Positions 18,792 to 27,779 are shown, numbered from the stretch's first letter. The stretch: DNA of 64,000 bases from an uncultured bacterium (GCA_964505415.1 CAZDHW010000004.1:5051-69050), one strand, 5' to 3'. Notes: generated from the sequence alone by a model not told the origin. Numbers and translations are program-made.

Positions 18792-19025
18792 AAGATTAAT
18801 AATTAATAAAAACCATTCTTTCTTAAAGCTCAACCATTCCCCGAATGGCTCCCATCTTAGTTTTTATAATTTCTACCTTACTTATTTATTTGAAAATCCC
18901 CATTTCCTATTTAAAATCAGCCCTCTATTTGGAATTAAAAAATTTAATCTTTTAGGAAATATTAAACTTCCTTTGCGGAGAAAAGATTGTTAGTATTACT
19001 ATTAACTTTCTTTTAGCCTTTCTAA

Positions 19026-19763
19026 TTATTCTTTTCTTTTAAATATGAGGGATAAAAGTTCAATTGGTAAAGGAAAGATTATTGTTGAGTTTTTTTCGGC
19101 GGCGATTTCGGTTAATGTTCCTAAATAACGGAGTTGTAAAGCCGCTGGCGTTTGAGAAAGGATTTCCGCCGCTTCCCGCAGTTTAGCTGCCGCTTGTAAT
19201 TCACCATCAGCATGGATAATTTTTGCTCTTCTTTCCCTTTCGGCTTCAGCTTGACGGGCAATCGCCCTTTTCATCTCTTCGGGAATATCAACATGTTTGA
19301 TTTCTACCATACTAACTTTTATCCCCCAAGGGTCAGTTTGTTGGTCAATAATCTTTTGTAATCTTTGGTTAATCATCTCTCTTTTAGTTAATAAATCATC
19401 AAGCTCGTATTCACCTAAAACACTTCTTAATGTTGTCTGAGATATTTGGGAGGTCGCATAAAGATAATTTTCTACTTCAATAATCGCCTTTTTCGGATCA
19501 GAAACCTTAAAATAGGCAACAGCGTTTACCTTCACCGAAATATTATCACGGGTAATTACATCTTGCGGCGGGACATCTAAAGTAACTACTCGTAAACTTA
19601 CTTTTACCATTCGGTCAACAAAGGGGATTAAGAAAATAAGTCCGGGTCCTTTTACCTTATAAAACCTCCCCAAACGGAAAATAACTCCCCTTTCATATTC
19701 GGCTAAAATTCTTATTGCCATTAATAAAATAATAATAATGATAACAAAAAGAAGATACCACAT
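19026..19763 (-). CDS. SPFH/band-7 (stomatin-like) membrane protein
   Basis: 245 aa. N-terminal TM, then [13 protein letters not shown]...[12 protein letters not shown]...TRDN and [11 protein letters not shown]. Confidence 0.9.
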   Translation of the reverse strand: MWYLLFVIIIIILLMAIRILAEYERGVIFRLGRFYKVKGPGLIFLIPFVDRMVKVSLRVVTLDVPPQDVITRDNISVKVNAVAYFKVSDPKKAIIEVENYLYATSQISQTTLRSVLGEYELDDLLTKREMINQRLQKIIDQQTDPWGIKVSMVEIKHVDIPEEMKRAIARQAEAERERRAKIIHADGELQAAAKLREAAEILSQTPAALQLRYLGTLTEIAAEKNSTIIFPLPIELLSLIFKRKE

Positions 19764-19772
19764 AATACCTCC

Positions 19773-20099
19773 TTATTTTTCTAAAATATCTTTGATTTCC
19801 AAAAGTTCTTTATAAAGGGTGTTTAAAAATTTTAAAGAAAGTTTTCTTTTTCTTTCACTTTTCTTTTCTCTTATCTTTTTTGAGAGATTAGTTTGGATAG
19901 CTTTTTTAGAATAACCTTCTTTAAAAAGGTCTTTAATCACTTTTATCTTCTCCATTTCTTTTTCGTTAAAATAAATCTTTTTCTTTATCTTTCTGCCCAC
20001 TTCAAAAATTTTTGCCCATTTACGCAATAAATCATTTTTTATTTTTAGTTTTTTGCTCACTTCGGCTAAAGAGTATAATTTTTTCTCTTTCATTGCCAA
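19773..20099 (-). CDS. Small MerR-like HTH protein
   Basis: 108 aa. LYSLAEVSKKLKIKNDLLRKWAKIF resembles the MerR N-terminal HTH. Overlaps gpsA by 10 nt. Confidence 0.45.
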   Translation of the reverse strand: MAMKEKKLYSLAEVSKKLKIKNDLLRKWAKIFEVGRKIKKKIYFNEKEMEKIKVIKDLFKEGYSKKAIQTNLSKKIREKKSERKRKLSLKFLNTLYKELLEIKDILEK

Positions 20100-21037
20100 A
20101 ACTCCTCTTTAAGTTTTCTTTTTAACAATTTTTTTATAATTTCATCAATATCTCTTTTTAAAAAAAGAATTTGATAAACACTTTCGCAAATAGGCATTTC
20201 AATCTGGTATTTTTCTTTTAGTTGGTAGATAGCTTTTGCCGTATGATAGCCTTCAATCACCCCTTTTTCTTTTTTTAAAATTTCTGTTAATTTCTTACCT
20301 TTGCCTAAGGAAAAACCTAATTGATAATTTCGCGAATTTTTAGAAAAAGAAGTAACGATTAAATCACCAATACCCGAAAGCCCCGCAAAAGTAAGGGGTG
20401 AGGCTCCTAATTTTATTCCTAAACGCATCATTTCGCATAGCCCCCGGCTTATTAAAGCTGCTTTCGCATTAATCCCTAACCCTTTGCCATCCAAAATACC
20501 GGCAGCAATTGCGATCACATTTTTTATCGCCCCACCAATTTCGCAGCCAATCACATCGTCCTGTAAGTAAACTCTTAAATTATCAAAAGAAAGGAGTTTT
20601 TGAATTTTTTCCGAAGTTTTTCTATCTTTACTAGCCACTACCAAAGTGGTAGGAATGCCAGCGATTACTTCTTCGGGAATTCCGGGACCACATAAAACGG
20701 CAATTGGGTTATAAGGAAAATATTCTTCAATTATTTCAGACATTCTTTTTAAACTTTCTTCTTCAATTCCTTTTATTGCTGAAACAAGAATAGTTTTTTT
20801 TCTTATTGGTAAAGTTTTAATTTCCGAAAGTATGGTCCTTAAAGAATAAGAAGGAACTGTAAAGAAGATAATTGTCGCTTCTTTTATCTTTTCTAAATTT
20901 TTAACAATCTTAAATTTTTTTAATTTGATTAATTTTTCTTTATTTTTATCATACAGATAAATTTCTTTTTCTTTTTTTGCTAAATGCGAAGCTAAGGTTA
21001 AACCCCAGCGACCAGCTCCAATAAAAACAATTTTCAT
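20090..21037 (-). CDS. gpsA: NAD(P)H-dependent glycerol-3-phosphate dehydrogenase
   Basis: 315 aa. MKIVFIGAGRWG Rossmann motif; GGAIKNVIAIAAGI, GDLIVTSFS..SRN and EGYHTAKA. Confidence 0.9.
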   Translation of the reverse strand: MKIVFIGAGRWGLTLASHLAKKEKEIYLYDKNKEKLIKLKKFKIVKNLEKIKEATIIFFTVPSYSLRTILSEIKTLPIRKKTILVSAIKGIEEESLKRMSEIIEEYFPYNPIAVLCGPGIPEEVIAGIPTTLVVASKDRKTSEKIQKLLSFDNLRVYLQDDVIGCEIGGAIKNVIAIAAGILDGKGLGINAKAALISRGLCEMMRLGIKLGASPLTFAGLSGIGDLIVTSFSKNSRNYQLGFSLGKGKKLTEILKKEKGVIEGYHTAKAIYQLKEKYQIEMPICESVYQILFLKRDIDEIIKKLLKRKLKEEFWQ

Positions 21038-21663
21038 TTTAATTTTAATTTAAATTTTGGTTCTTCTTTTTTTATCAATCTTTTAATATTGGGAAGATGT
21101 TTACCAATAATTAAGATGCTAATAATGGTAAAGAAAACCGGCGTTAAAGAATTAGAAGACTTTAATAAAAGAAAGGAGAAAGGTAAAGAACCAGCAAAAG
21201 ATATTGATGCTAAAGACATATAAGAAAAGCTTAGAAGGATTATCAACCAAATAATTAAAGAAAAGATTAAATTTTTAGGAGCTAATGCCAAAAGAACACC
21301 GATAGTAGTGGCTACCCCTTTACCACCACGAAAACGGAGATAGGGAGTAAAAAAATGTCCTAAAATAGTTCCACCACCAACAAAAATTGGAGATAAAGAA
21401 AAACTTTCAGCAAAGTAAGTTGGAAAAAAACCTTTACTAATATCCAAAATTAAAACCAAAATTCCGTAAAAAAACCCTAAGGTGCGATAAACATTAGTAA
21501 AACCAATATTTCCGCTGCCATAATTTCTGATGTCAATTTTTTTGAAAATCTTAGGAATTAAATAACCAAAAGGGATACTGCCGATTAAAAAACCAATTAA
21601 AAATGAAAAAAAATAGTCTCCCAAAATTTCTAATTCTTTATTGAGAAGAAAATAGCTTTTCAT
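21034..21663 (-). CDS. plsY: Glycerol-3-phosphate acyltransferase PlsY
   Basis: 209 aa. GSGNIGFTNVYR, HFFTPYLRFRGGKGVAT. Confidence 0.9.
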   Translation of the reverse strand: MKSYFLLNKELEILGDYFFSFLIGFLIGSIPFGYLIPKIFKKIDIRNYGSGNIGFTNVYRTLGFFYGILVLILDISKGFFPTYFAESFSLSPIFVGGGTILGHFFTPYLRFRGGKGVATTIGVLLALAPKNLIFSLIIWLIILLSFSYMSLASISFAGSLPFSFLLLKSSNSLTPVFFTIISILIIGKHLPNIKRLIKKEEPKFKLKLK

Positions 21664-21705
21664 CTTCTAAATTTTAAAAGTAAAATAGTAAAAATCAAAT
21701 ATTAT

Positions 21706-21733
21706 TTGAATTTTTTGTAAAAAAGATTACAAT
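21706..21733 (+). promoter_or_regulatory. Candidate promoter of the thiolase-like/DUF35/HIT/gltX operon
   Basis: TTGAAT (21706-21711), 16-nt spacer, TACAAT (21728-21733). Unlike most operon starts here it is followed by a real leader with SD GGAGG (21746-21750) before ATG 21755. Confidence 0.4.
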
Positions 21734-21754
21734 AATAAGTTAAATGGAGGAATT

Positions 21755-22867
21755 ATGAAAAGAAGGGTTTGTATTGTGGGTATTGGGATGACTCCTTTAA
21801 AACCTTTATCGGAAGAAGTTTCTTACAAAGAGATGATGTTTGAAGCCGCGGTAAAGGCTTATGAAGATTGTGGAATAAATCCCCGAAAAGATGTTGACAC
21901 TTTTGTTTGCTGTTCGGAAGATTACATTGAAGGAACAAGCATTTTTGATGAATATGTTCCTGATCAAATCGGCGGCGCTTTAAAACAAGTTCACACAATC
22001 ACTTCTGACGGACTTTTTGGTGTTTGTGCCGCAATTTTACAGCTTTTAACCGAGGAATTTAAAGTCGCTGTTGTTGAAGCTCATGCAAAGGCTTCCAATA
22101 TTTTAACTCCGGAAGGCGTTCATATGTGTGCTTTGGATCCTATTTATACCCGACCACTTAATGTCAATCCAATTTTTATTGCTGGTTTAGAATATAATTC
22201 CTTTTTATTTAATTATCCTTTTACTCAAACTGATTGTGCGGAAGTGGTTGTGAAGAATAAAAAAAATGCTTTAAAAAATCCTTACGCTGCTTACGGGGCT
22301 AATTTATCGGTTGAAGATGTTTTGAACTCTTTTCCGGTTGCTTATCCGTTAACAGAATTAGAAGTTAGTCCTTATGCAGATGGAGCCTGCGTAATCGTTT
22401 TAGCAAGGGAAGAAGTTGCCAAAGATTTAAAGAAGAAACCTATTTATATAGATGGTTTTTCTTTTATCCAAGGTTCACCCAATTTGGAAGTTCGGTCTTG
22501 GGAGTATCCGCGGGCTACTGAAGAAGCTGCCAAAAGGGCTTATAAAATGGCAGGAATTTCTAATCCTAATAAGGAGATTGATTTTTGCGAAATTGATGAT
22601 ACCTATTCTTATAAAGAAATCCAAAATGCTTTGGCATTAAATTGTCAAGATATAATTATTAATCCTTCCGGCGGAAGTTTAGGAATGGGATATATCTATG
22701 AAGGAACTGGTTTGATGCGACTAATTATGGCGGTTTTGCAATTGCGGGGCGAAGCTGGTAGCTTTCAAATAAAAATAAATAACGAGTTACCCAAGAAAGC
22801 TTTGGTGCAATCTTGGCGTGGTCTGCCAACAGAAAATAGTTGTGTTTTAATTTTAAATAGAGAATAG
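21755..22867 (+). CDS. Thiolase-fold protein (SCP-x/archaeal-thiolase-like), canonical catalytic residues absent
   Basis: 370 aa. VCIVGIGMTP N-terminus and C-terminal NPSGGSLGMG...LQLRGEAG. The nucleophile block reads ITSDG, the HDCF block reads IDDTY, and the GHP block reads GYIYEGTG. Confidence 0.75.
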   Translation: MKRRVCIVGIGMTPLKPLSEEVSYKEMMFEAAVKAYEDCGINPRKDVDTFVCCSEDYIEGTSIFDEYVPDQIGGALKQVHTITSDGLFGVCAAILQLLTEEFKVAVVEAHAKASNILTPEGVHMCALDPIYTRPLNVNPIFIAGLEYNSFLFNYPFTQTDCAEVVVKNKKNALKNPYAAYGANLSVEDVLNSFPVAYPLTELEVSPYADGACVIVLAREEVAKDLKKKPIYIDGFSFIQGSPNLEVRSWEYPRATEEAAKRAYKMAGISNPNKEIDFCEIDDTYSYKEIQNALALNCQDIIINPSGGSLGMGYIYEGTGLMRLIMAVLQLRGEAGSFQIKINNELPKKALVQSWRGLPTENSCVLILNRE

Positions 22868-22876
22868 GGGGAAATT

Positions 22877-24037
22877 ATGGGAAGAAGAGTGGCTATTGTT
22901 GGTGCCGGTATGACAAAATTTGTGAGAAGAGCAAAAGAGACCGGTAAAGAGTTGGCTTTTTACGCCGCAAAGGCAGCTTTAGATTCGTGCGGAGCTAAAT
23001 TGAGAGATATTGATGCGGTAGTTTTAGGTAGTGCTCCTGATACTTTTGATGGTGTCCATATGAAAGGCGAATATCTTTCTTGTGGGGCCGGTGCTTTTGG
23101 GAAGCCTTATCTGCGATGTTATGTTGGTGGCGGTACCGGTGTTTTTGCCGTAGCTGTCGGTTGGTATTATATTGCCAGCGGAATATTTGATACCTGTTTA
23201 GTGGTTTGTGAAGAAAAAATGTCATCTTATCAACCCCATCCTCAAGGTGCTTTTTTAACTATTTTTGACCATACTACTGAAAGACCTTTGGGACCGAATC
23301 TTCTTTGGATTTTTGCTTTGGAGATGCAGCGTTACATGCAAACCTACGGAATAAAAAAAGAAGAGATTGCTTTGGTAGCCGTTAAGAATAAAAAAAATGC
23401 CTTAGACCATCCGGCTGCTCAAATTGCCGCAGAAATAACTGTGGAAGATGTATTAAATAGCGAAGTGCTTTGTTATCCGGTTCAAAGATTAGATGTTTCA
23501 CCAGTTTCTGACGGTGCCTGCGCGATTGTTATGACCAATGAATATTTGGCAAGAAGATTTACTGATAAGCCGGTATGGGTGAGCGGTGTTGGTTGGTGTT
23601 TGGATACTGCTTATTGGACAAATAGAGATTTGGCTTATCCTCGATATGTAGAAGAAGCTGCCCGAATGGCATATAAAATGGCGGGTATAAGAGATCCAAG
23701 AAGAGAGATTGATGTGGCTGAACCTTACGACCCATTTGATTATAAAGAACTACATCACCTGGAAGGTTTGATGTTATGTGGTCGCGGAGAGGCGCCTCAA
23801 TTATTAGTGGATGGAAAGACCCAAAGGGATGGCGAATTACCGGTTTGCCCTTCTGGTGGTTTATTAGGAGTTGGTAATCCAATTGCCGCTGCTGGTTTGA
23901 TGAAGGTGATTGAAATTTTCTGGCAACTAAGGGGTGAAGCGGATAAGAGGCAGATTGCCAAAAAAGCAAAAAGGGGAGTGGCCCAGGCTTGGGGTGATTT
24001 GATGCAGGTGGGCACCGTGGTTGTTTTAGAAATTTAA
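22877..24037 (+). CDS. Thiolase-fold protein paralog, canonical catalytic residues absent
   Basis: 386 aa. VAIVGAGMTKF; ...IASGIFDTCLVVCEEKMS; CPSGGLLGVGNPIAAAGLMKVIEIFWQLRGEA. The nucleophile block reads GGGTG, the HDCF block reads PYDPF, and the GHP block reads GNP. Confidence 0.75.
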   Translation: MGRRVAIVGAGMTKFVRRAKETGKELAFYAAKAALDSCGAKLRDIDAVVLGSAPDTFDGVHMKGEYLSCGAGAFGKPYLRCYVGGGTGVFAVAVGWYYIASGIFDTCLVVCEEKMSSYQPHPQGAFLTIFDHTTERPLGPNLLWIFALEMQRYMQTYGIKKEEIALVAVKNKKNALDHPAAQIAAEITVEDVLNSEVLCYPVQRLDVSPVSDGACAIVMTNEYLARRFTDKPVWVSGVGWCLDTAYWTNRDLAYPRYVEEAARMAYKMAGIRDPRREIDVAEPYDPFDYKELHHLEGLMLCGRGEAPQLLVDGKTQRDGELPVCPSGGLLGVGNPIAAAGLMKVIEIFWQLRGEADKRQIAKKAKRGVAQAWGDLMQVGTVVVLEI

Positions 24038-24049
24038 AAGGAGGAAAAG

Positions 24050-24544
24050 ATGAAGAATTTTTTTGCTACTCCTTTAAGTGAAGAGGATTTTAAAAAGAAA
24101 AATTTTTGTTTTGAAACCTGGATTGGTAATTGTTTTTATGCCTGGGATTGCGGAGTTGCGATTGGTAAATATTTAGAAGGATTAAAAAAAGGTAAGATAA
24201 TCGGTGTCAAATGTCCAAAATGTGAAAGAATAATGGTACCACCAAGAATCTTTTGCGAATGGTGTTTTGTTTTGATAGAAGATTTTGTTGAATTAAAGGA
24301 TACCGGAAGAATAAATACCTTTTCTATTTCTTATATTAGTTGGGATGTAAAAAAATTGGAAAAACCTCAGATTCCAGCAGTAATTGAGATTGATGGTGCT
24401 TCTCCCGGTTACGGAATTTTACATTTGATTTCCGAAGTCGACCCAAAGGAAGTGAAGATTGGTATGCGGGTAAAGGCTGTTTGGAAAGACGAAAAAGAAA
24501 GGGAAGGTAAAATTACCGATATAAAATATTTTAAACCTTATTAG
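24050..24544 (+). CDS. DUF35 protein (rubredoxin-like zinc ribbon + OB fold)
   Basis: 164 aa. CPKCERIMVPPRIFCEWC C4 ribbon followed by an OB-like region. SD AAGGAGG upstream. Confidence 0.8.
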   Translation: MKNFFATPLSEEDFKKKNFCFETWIGNCFYAWDCGVAIGKYLEGLKKGKIIGVKCPKCERIMVPPRIFCEWCFVLIEDFVELKDTGRINTFSISYISWDVKKLEKPQIPAVIEIDGASPGYGILHLISEVDPKEVKIGMRVKAVWKDEKEREGKITDIKYFKPY

Positions 24545-24553
24545 GAGGAAAAT

Positions 24554-25024
24554 ATGGAATTTAAAGTAAATAAAAAAAGAGAGATTAAACATCATTTAGG
24601 ACAATTGCCGGTGGAAAGTTTGTATACTGCGGGGATCGCTGGTGAAAAATTTCTTTTGGGTTTGAAGGAGGGTAAATTTTTAGCCAATTATTGTTCTGAT
24701 TGTGATTTTGTTTTTCTGCCACCAAAGCTTTATTGTGAATTTTGTTTTAAAGAAATTCCTGATGAGGATTGGCAAGAAGTGGAGAATAAGGGTATTTTGG
24801 TTTCTTATACTTTTGTTCATGTTGATAGCAATGGTAACAAATTAGAAAATCCGATTATTGTCGGCGCAATTAAAATGGCTGATACCGATACTACTTTTAT
24901 TCACAAACTTTTGGATAAAGTGGAAGATATTGAAATCGGAATGTTGGTAGAAGCCATTTTTGCTCCAAAAGAAAGAAGAAGAGGGAGCATTAACGATATT
25001 GTTGGTTTTAGAAAAGTTGAATAA
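24554..25024 (+). CDS. DUF35 protein, second paralog
   Basis: 156 aa. CSDCDFVFLPPKLYCEFC C4 ribbon. SD AGGAGG upstream. Confidence 0.8.
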   Translation: MEFKVNKKREIKHHLGQLPVESLYTAGIAGEKFLLGLKEGKFLANYCSDCDFVFLPPKLYCEFCFKEIPDEDWQEVENKGILVSYTFVHVDSNGNKLENPIIVGAIKMADTDTTFIHKLLDKVEDIEIGMLVEAIFAPKERRRGSINDIVGFRKVE

Positions 25025-25450
25025 ATGCTGAATTGCCCCTTTTGTCTGATTGCTGAAAAAAAAGAAAAAGCGTATATAGTTTACGAGGACGAAAAAAATA
25101 TTGCCTTTTTAGATATTTATCCGGTTACTATCGGTCATACTTTAGTTATTCCTAAAAAACATGTTGTGTTTCATACGGACTTGGCTCCCGAAGATGCCGG
25201 TCCTTTTTATCGAGCAGTTTATCTGGTAAGTCAGAAACTAAAAAATGTTTTTAAGCCGGAATACATTTCGCTGTTAATTCGGGGAACCAGAATTCCTCAT
25301 CTTCATTGTCATTTGATTCCTAAGATAAAAGAGAAAGATAATATTTTTGACAAGATTATGGATCTCCATCATTTCCTACAGGTAAGGTTAAAGACTGATT
25401 TAAAAGAAGAAGATTTTGTTAAAATTGCGAAGATGGTTAGTGAAAGTTAA
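25025..25450 (+). CDS. HIT-family (histidine triad) nucleotide hydrolase/transferase
   Basis: 141 aa. CPFC...ENIAFLDIYP...GHTLVIPKKH and histidine triad HLHCHLIP. Zero-nt junctions with both neighbours. Confidence 0.85.
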   Translation: MLNCPFCLIAEKKEKAYIVYEDEKNIAFLDIYPVTIGHTLVIPKKHVVFHTDLAPEDAGPFYRAVYLVSQKLKNVFKPEYISLLIRGTRIPHLHCHLIPKIKEKDNIFDKIMDLHHFLQVRLKTDLKEEDFVKIAKMVSES

Positions 25451-26890
25451 ATGGTAAGGGTAAGAATTGCTCCTTCACCGACTGGTGCTATTCATATTGG
25501 GTTAGCAAGAAGTGCTTTATATAATTTTCTTTTTGCTCGTCAGAATAACGGAAAGTTTATTTTGAGAATCGAGGATACTGACCCAAGCCGTTCAACAAAA
25601 GAATCAGTAGAAGCAATTTTAGAAGGTTTAAAATGGCTTTCTTTATATTGGGATGAGGGGCCTTATTTTCAATCGCAAAGGTTTTCCATTTATAAAGAAT
25701 ATGCAGAAATTTTACTAAAAAAAGGCAAGGCTTATTACTGCTATTGTTCGCAAGAAAGGTTAAAGGCAGAGAAGGAAAAGGCATTAAAAGAAAAAAGAAG
25801 TTGGCAATACGACCGCCATTGCTTATATTTAAGTGAAAAAGAAAAAGAAAAATTAGAAAGAGAAGGTGTTCCGAAAACAATAAGATTTCTTGTCCCCAGT
25901 GAAAGGAATGTTGTTTTTGAAGATATTATTCACGGAAGAATTGAGAAAAGTGGGCGGGATATTGAAGATTTTATTTTATTAAGAGCCGATGGCACACCAA
26001 CTTATAATTTTGCCTGTGTTGTCGATGATGCGCTTATGGAGATTACCCATGTTATTCGGGCAGTTGAACATATTTCTAATACTTTTAAACAAATTCTTTT
26101 ATACGAAGCACTTAATTTTAAAATACCCTATTTTGCTCATTTGCCTTTAATTTTGGGTAAGGATGGAAAAAAGTTATCAAAACGCCACGGAGCAGTTTCT
26201 ATTATGGAATATAAAAAGATGGGAATTTTACCAGAAGCCTTAGTAAATTACCTGGCTTTATTAGGCTGGTCACCGGGTGGCGATTTAGAAATCTTTAGTT
26301 TAGAGGAGGCGATAAAACTTTTTAAATTAGAAAAAGTAAAAAAATCAAACGCTATTTTTGATTTTCAAAAATTGGAATGGATGAACAGCGAATATATGAA
26401 AAGAAGTACTAATGAAAGATTGTTAATCGGAGTTAAACCATTTCTAATTGAAAGAAATCTCTCTCCGGATAAAGAAGATGAAAAGCGGCTTTTGGCAATA
26501 ATTGAAATAAACAAGGAAAGAAGCAGAAACCTTAATGAGTTAGCCGATAATATAGCAATTTATTTAAAAGAAGAGATAACTTACGATGAAGAAGGTGTAA
26601 AGAAATTTTTGGATGAGAAAGGCAAAGAAAATTTAAAGACACTTTTAAAGGTCTATGAAAATTTAACCGATTTTAATAAAGAAACTACTGAGAAAGTTCT
26701 TAGAGAATTGGCTAATAATCTTAATAAAAAGCCGGCCGAATTTATTCATCCTTTAAGAGTGGCCTTAACCGGAAAATTGGTTGGCCCCCCAATTTTTGAT
26801 GTGGTGAATGTTATGGGAAAAGAATTGGTAATAAAAAGAATTAAAAAAGCTTTAACCGTGGCTTTGGATAATTATTCCCAAAATAATTAA
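25451..26890 (+). CDS. gltX: Glutamyl-tRNA synthetase
   Basis: 479 aa. RIAPSPTGAIHIG (HIGH), RIEDTD, and KLSKRHG (KMSKS). Confidence 0.95.
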   Translation: MVRVRIAPSPTGAIHIGLARSALYNFLFARQNNGKFILRIEDTDPSRSTKESVEAILEGLKWLSLYWDEGPYFQSQRFSIYKEYAEILLKKGKAYYCYCSQERLKAEKEKALKEKRSWQYDRHCLYLSEKEKEKLEREGVPKTIRFLVPSERNVVFEDIIHGRIEKSGRDIEDFILLRADGTPTYNFACVVDDALMEITHVIRAVEHISNTFKQILLYEALNFKIPYFAHLPLILGKDGKKLSKRHGAVSIMEYKKMGILPEALVNYLALLGWSPGGDLEIFSLEEAIKLFKLEKVKKSNAIFDFQKLEWMNSEYMKRSTNERLLIGVKPFLIERNLSPDKEDEKRLLAIIEINKERSRNLNELADNIAIYLKEEITYDEEGVKKFLDEKGKENLKTLLKVYENLTDFNKETTEKVLRELANNLNKKPAEFIHPLRVALTGKLVGPPIFDVVNVMGKELVIKRIKKALTVALDNYSQNN

Positions 26891-27706
26891 AAAAAGTCCA
26901 ATTAGAGTAGAGAGATAAACTTTTTCACGCAAAACAAAGTTAATAAAGATTAATGATAAAAAGGGAGTAAAATAAACAAGATTGTTTATTTTCGCTTTAT
27001 TTTCAGCTATTTTTAATGCTTTTAGAAAAAAGAAAAAAGGTAACCCCATTTCAAAAATTCCTACATAAATACCCCCTAAAAAATAATTAAACTTAGGAAA
27101 AGAAAAATTTTTACTAATCAAAAGGAAAAAAGTAACATAAATAAATCCGAAAAGAAAATTAGTAAAAAGTTTTACCTCTTCTTTTCTTTTATCCTGCAAG
27201 TTTAATAACCAATAGGTAGCCCAAACTAAGGAGGAAGAAAGGGCTAAAATTATTCCTAAAATATTTATATTTTGAAAATTAAAGAATTTTCCGTAAGAAG
27301 TAATAATCAAAACACCAATAAAACTAACGCTTAACGCCAAAAAATTAATAGGTCTAATCTTTTCTTTTAAAAATACAGCCGTAAAGAAGGTTAAAACAAT
27401 TGGCCAAGTAAAATTTAAAGGTTGAGCTAATTGAGCCGGCAAAAGAGAATAGGCTTTAAAAAGCACTAAATAATATAAAAAAGGATTAAGAAAACCAAGA
27501 AGAAAAGATCGGTTAATACTCTTTTTAATTAAAGAAAAATAATTCTGAAAAAAAATAAATAAAAATTGAATAATTACCGCGGTAAGGGTGGAGATAAATA
27601 AAAGTTGATAATGATTCAAATAGCGAAGAGCTATTTTAAAAGCGGTAGCAACTGTTGACCAACAAAAAATAGTTAAAAAAGCATAAAAATAAGCCTTTTT
27701 AGCCAA
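26852..27706 (-). CDS. EamA/DMT-family transporter
   Basis: 284 aa with 10 predicted TM helices and a duplicated EamA-like architecture. Its 3' end overlaps gltX by 39 nt (convergent). Confidence 0.7.
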   Translation of the reverse strand: MAKKAYFYAFLTIFCWSTVATAFKIALRYLNHYQLLFISTLTAVIIQFLFIFFQNYFSLIKKSINRSFLLGFLNPFLYYLVLFKAYSLLPAQLAQPLNFTWPIVLTFFTAVFLKEKIRPINFLALSVSFIGVLIITSYGKFFNFQNINILGIILALSSSLVWATYWLLNLQDKRKEEVKLFTNFLFGFIYVTFFLLISKNFSFPKFNYFLGGIYVGIFEMGLPFFFFLKALKIAENKAKINNLVYFTPFLSLIFINFVLREKVYLSTLIGLFLIILGIIIQSHG

Positions 27707-27745
27707 TTGATAATTATAACGAAAAATAAGGTAAAATAAATATTC

Positions 27746-27773
27746 TTGATTTTTAAAAAGATTTGTTTAAATT
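27746..27773 (+). promoter_or_regulatory. Candidate promoter of the TPR/FG-GAP gene
   Basis: TTGATT (27746-27751), 16-nt spacer, TAAATT (27768-27773). The ATG at 27780 is 6 nt downstream and there is no SD. Confidence 0.35.
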
Positions 27774-27779
27774 TTAAAA

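Noticed and set aside
18833-18860. Hairpin CCATTC-CCC-GAATGG as the intrinsic terminator of the GT4 operon
   Set aside because: It has only a 6-bp stem with a 3-nt loop and is not followed directly by a T-tract. It is too weak to annotate as a terminator.
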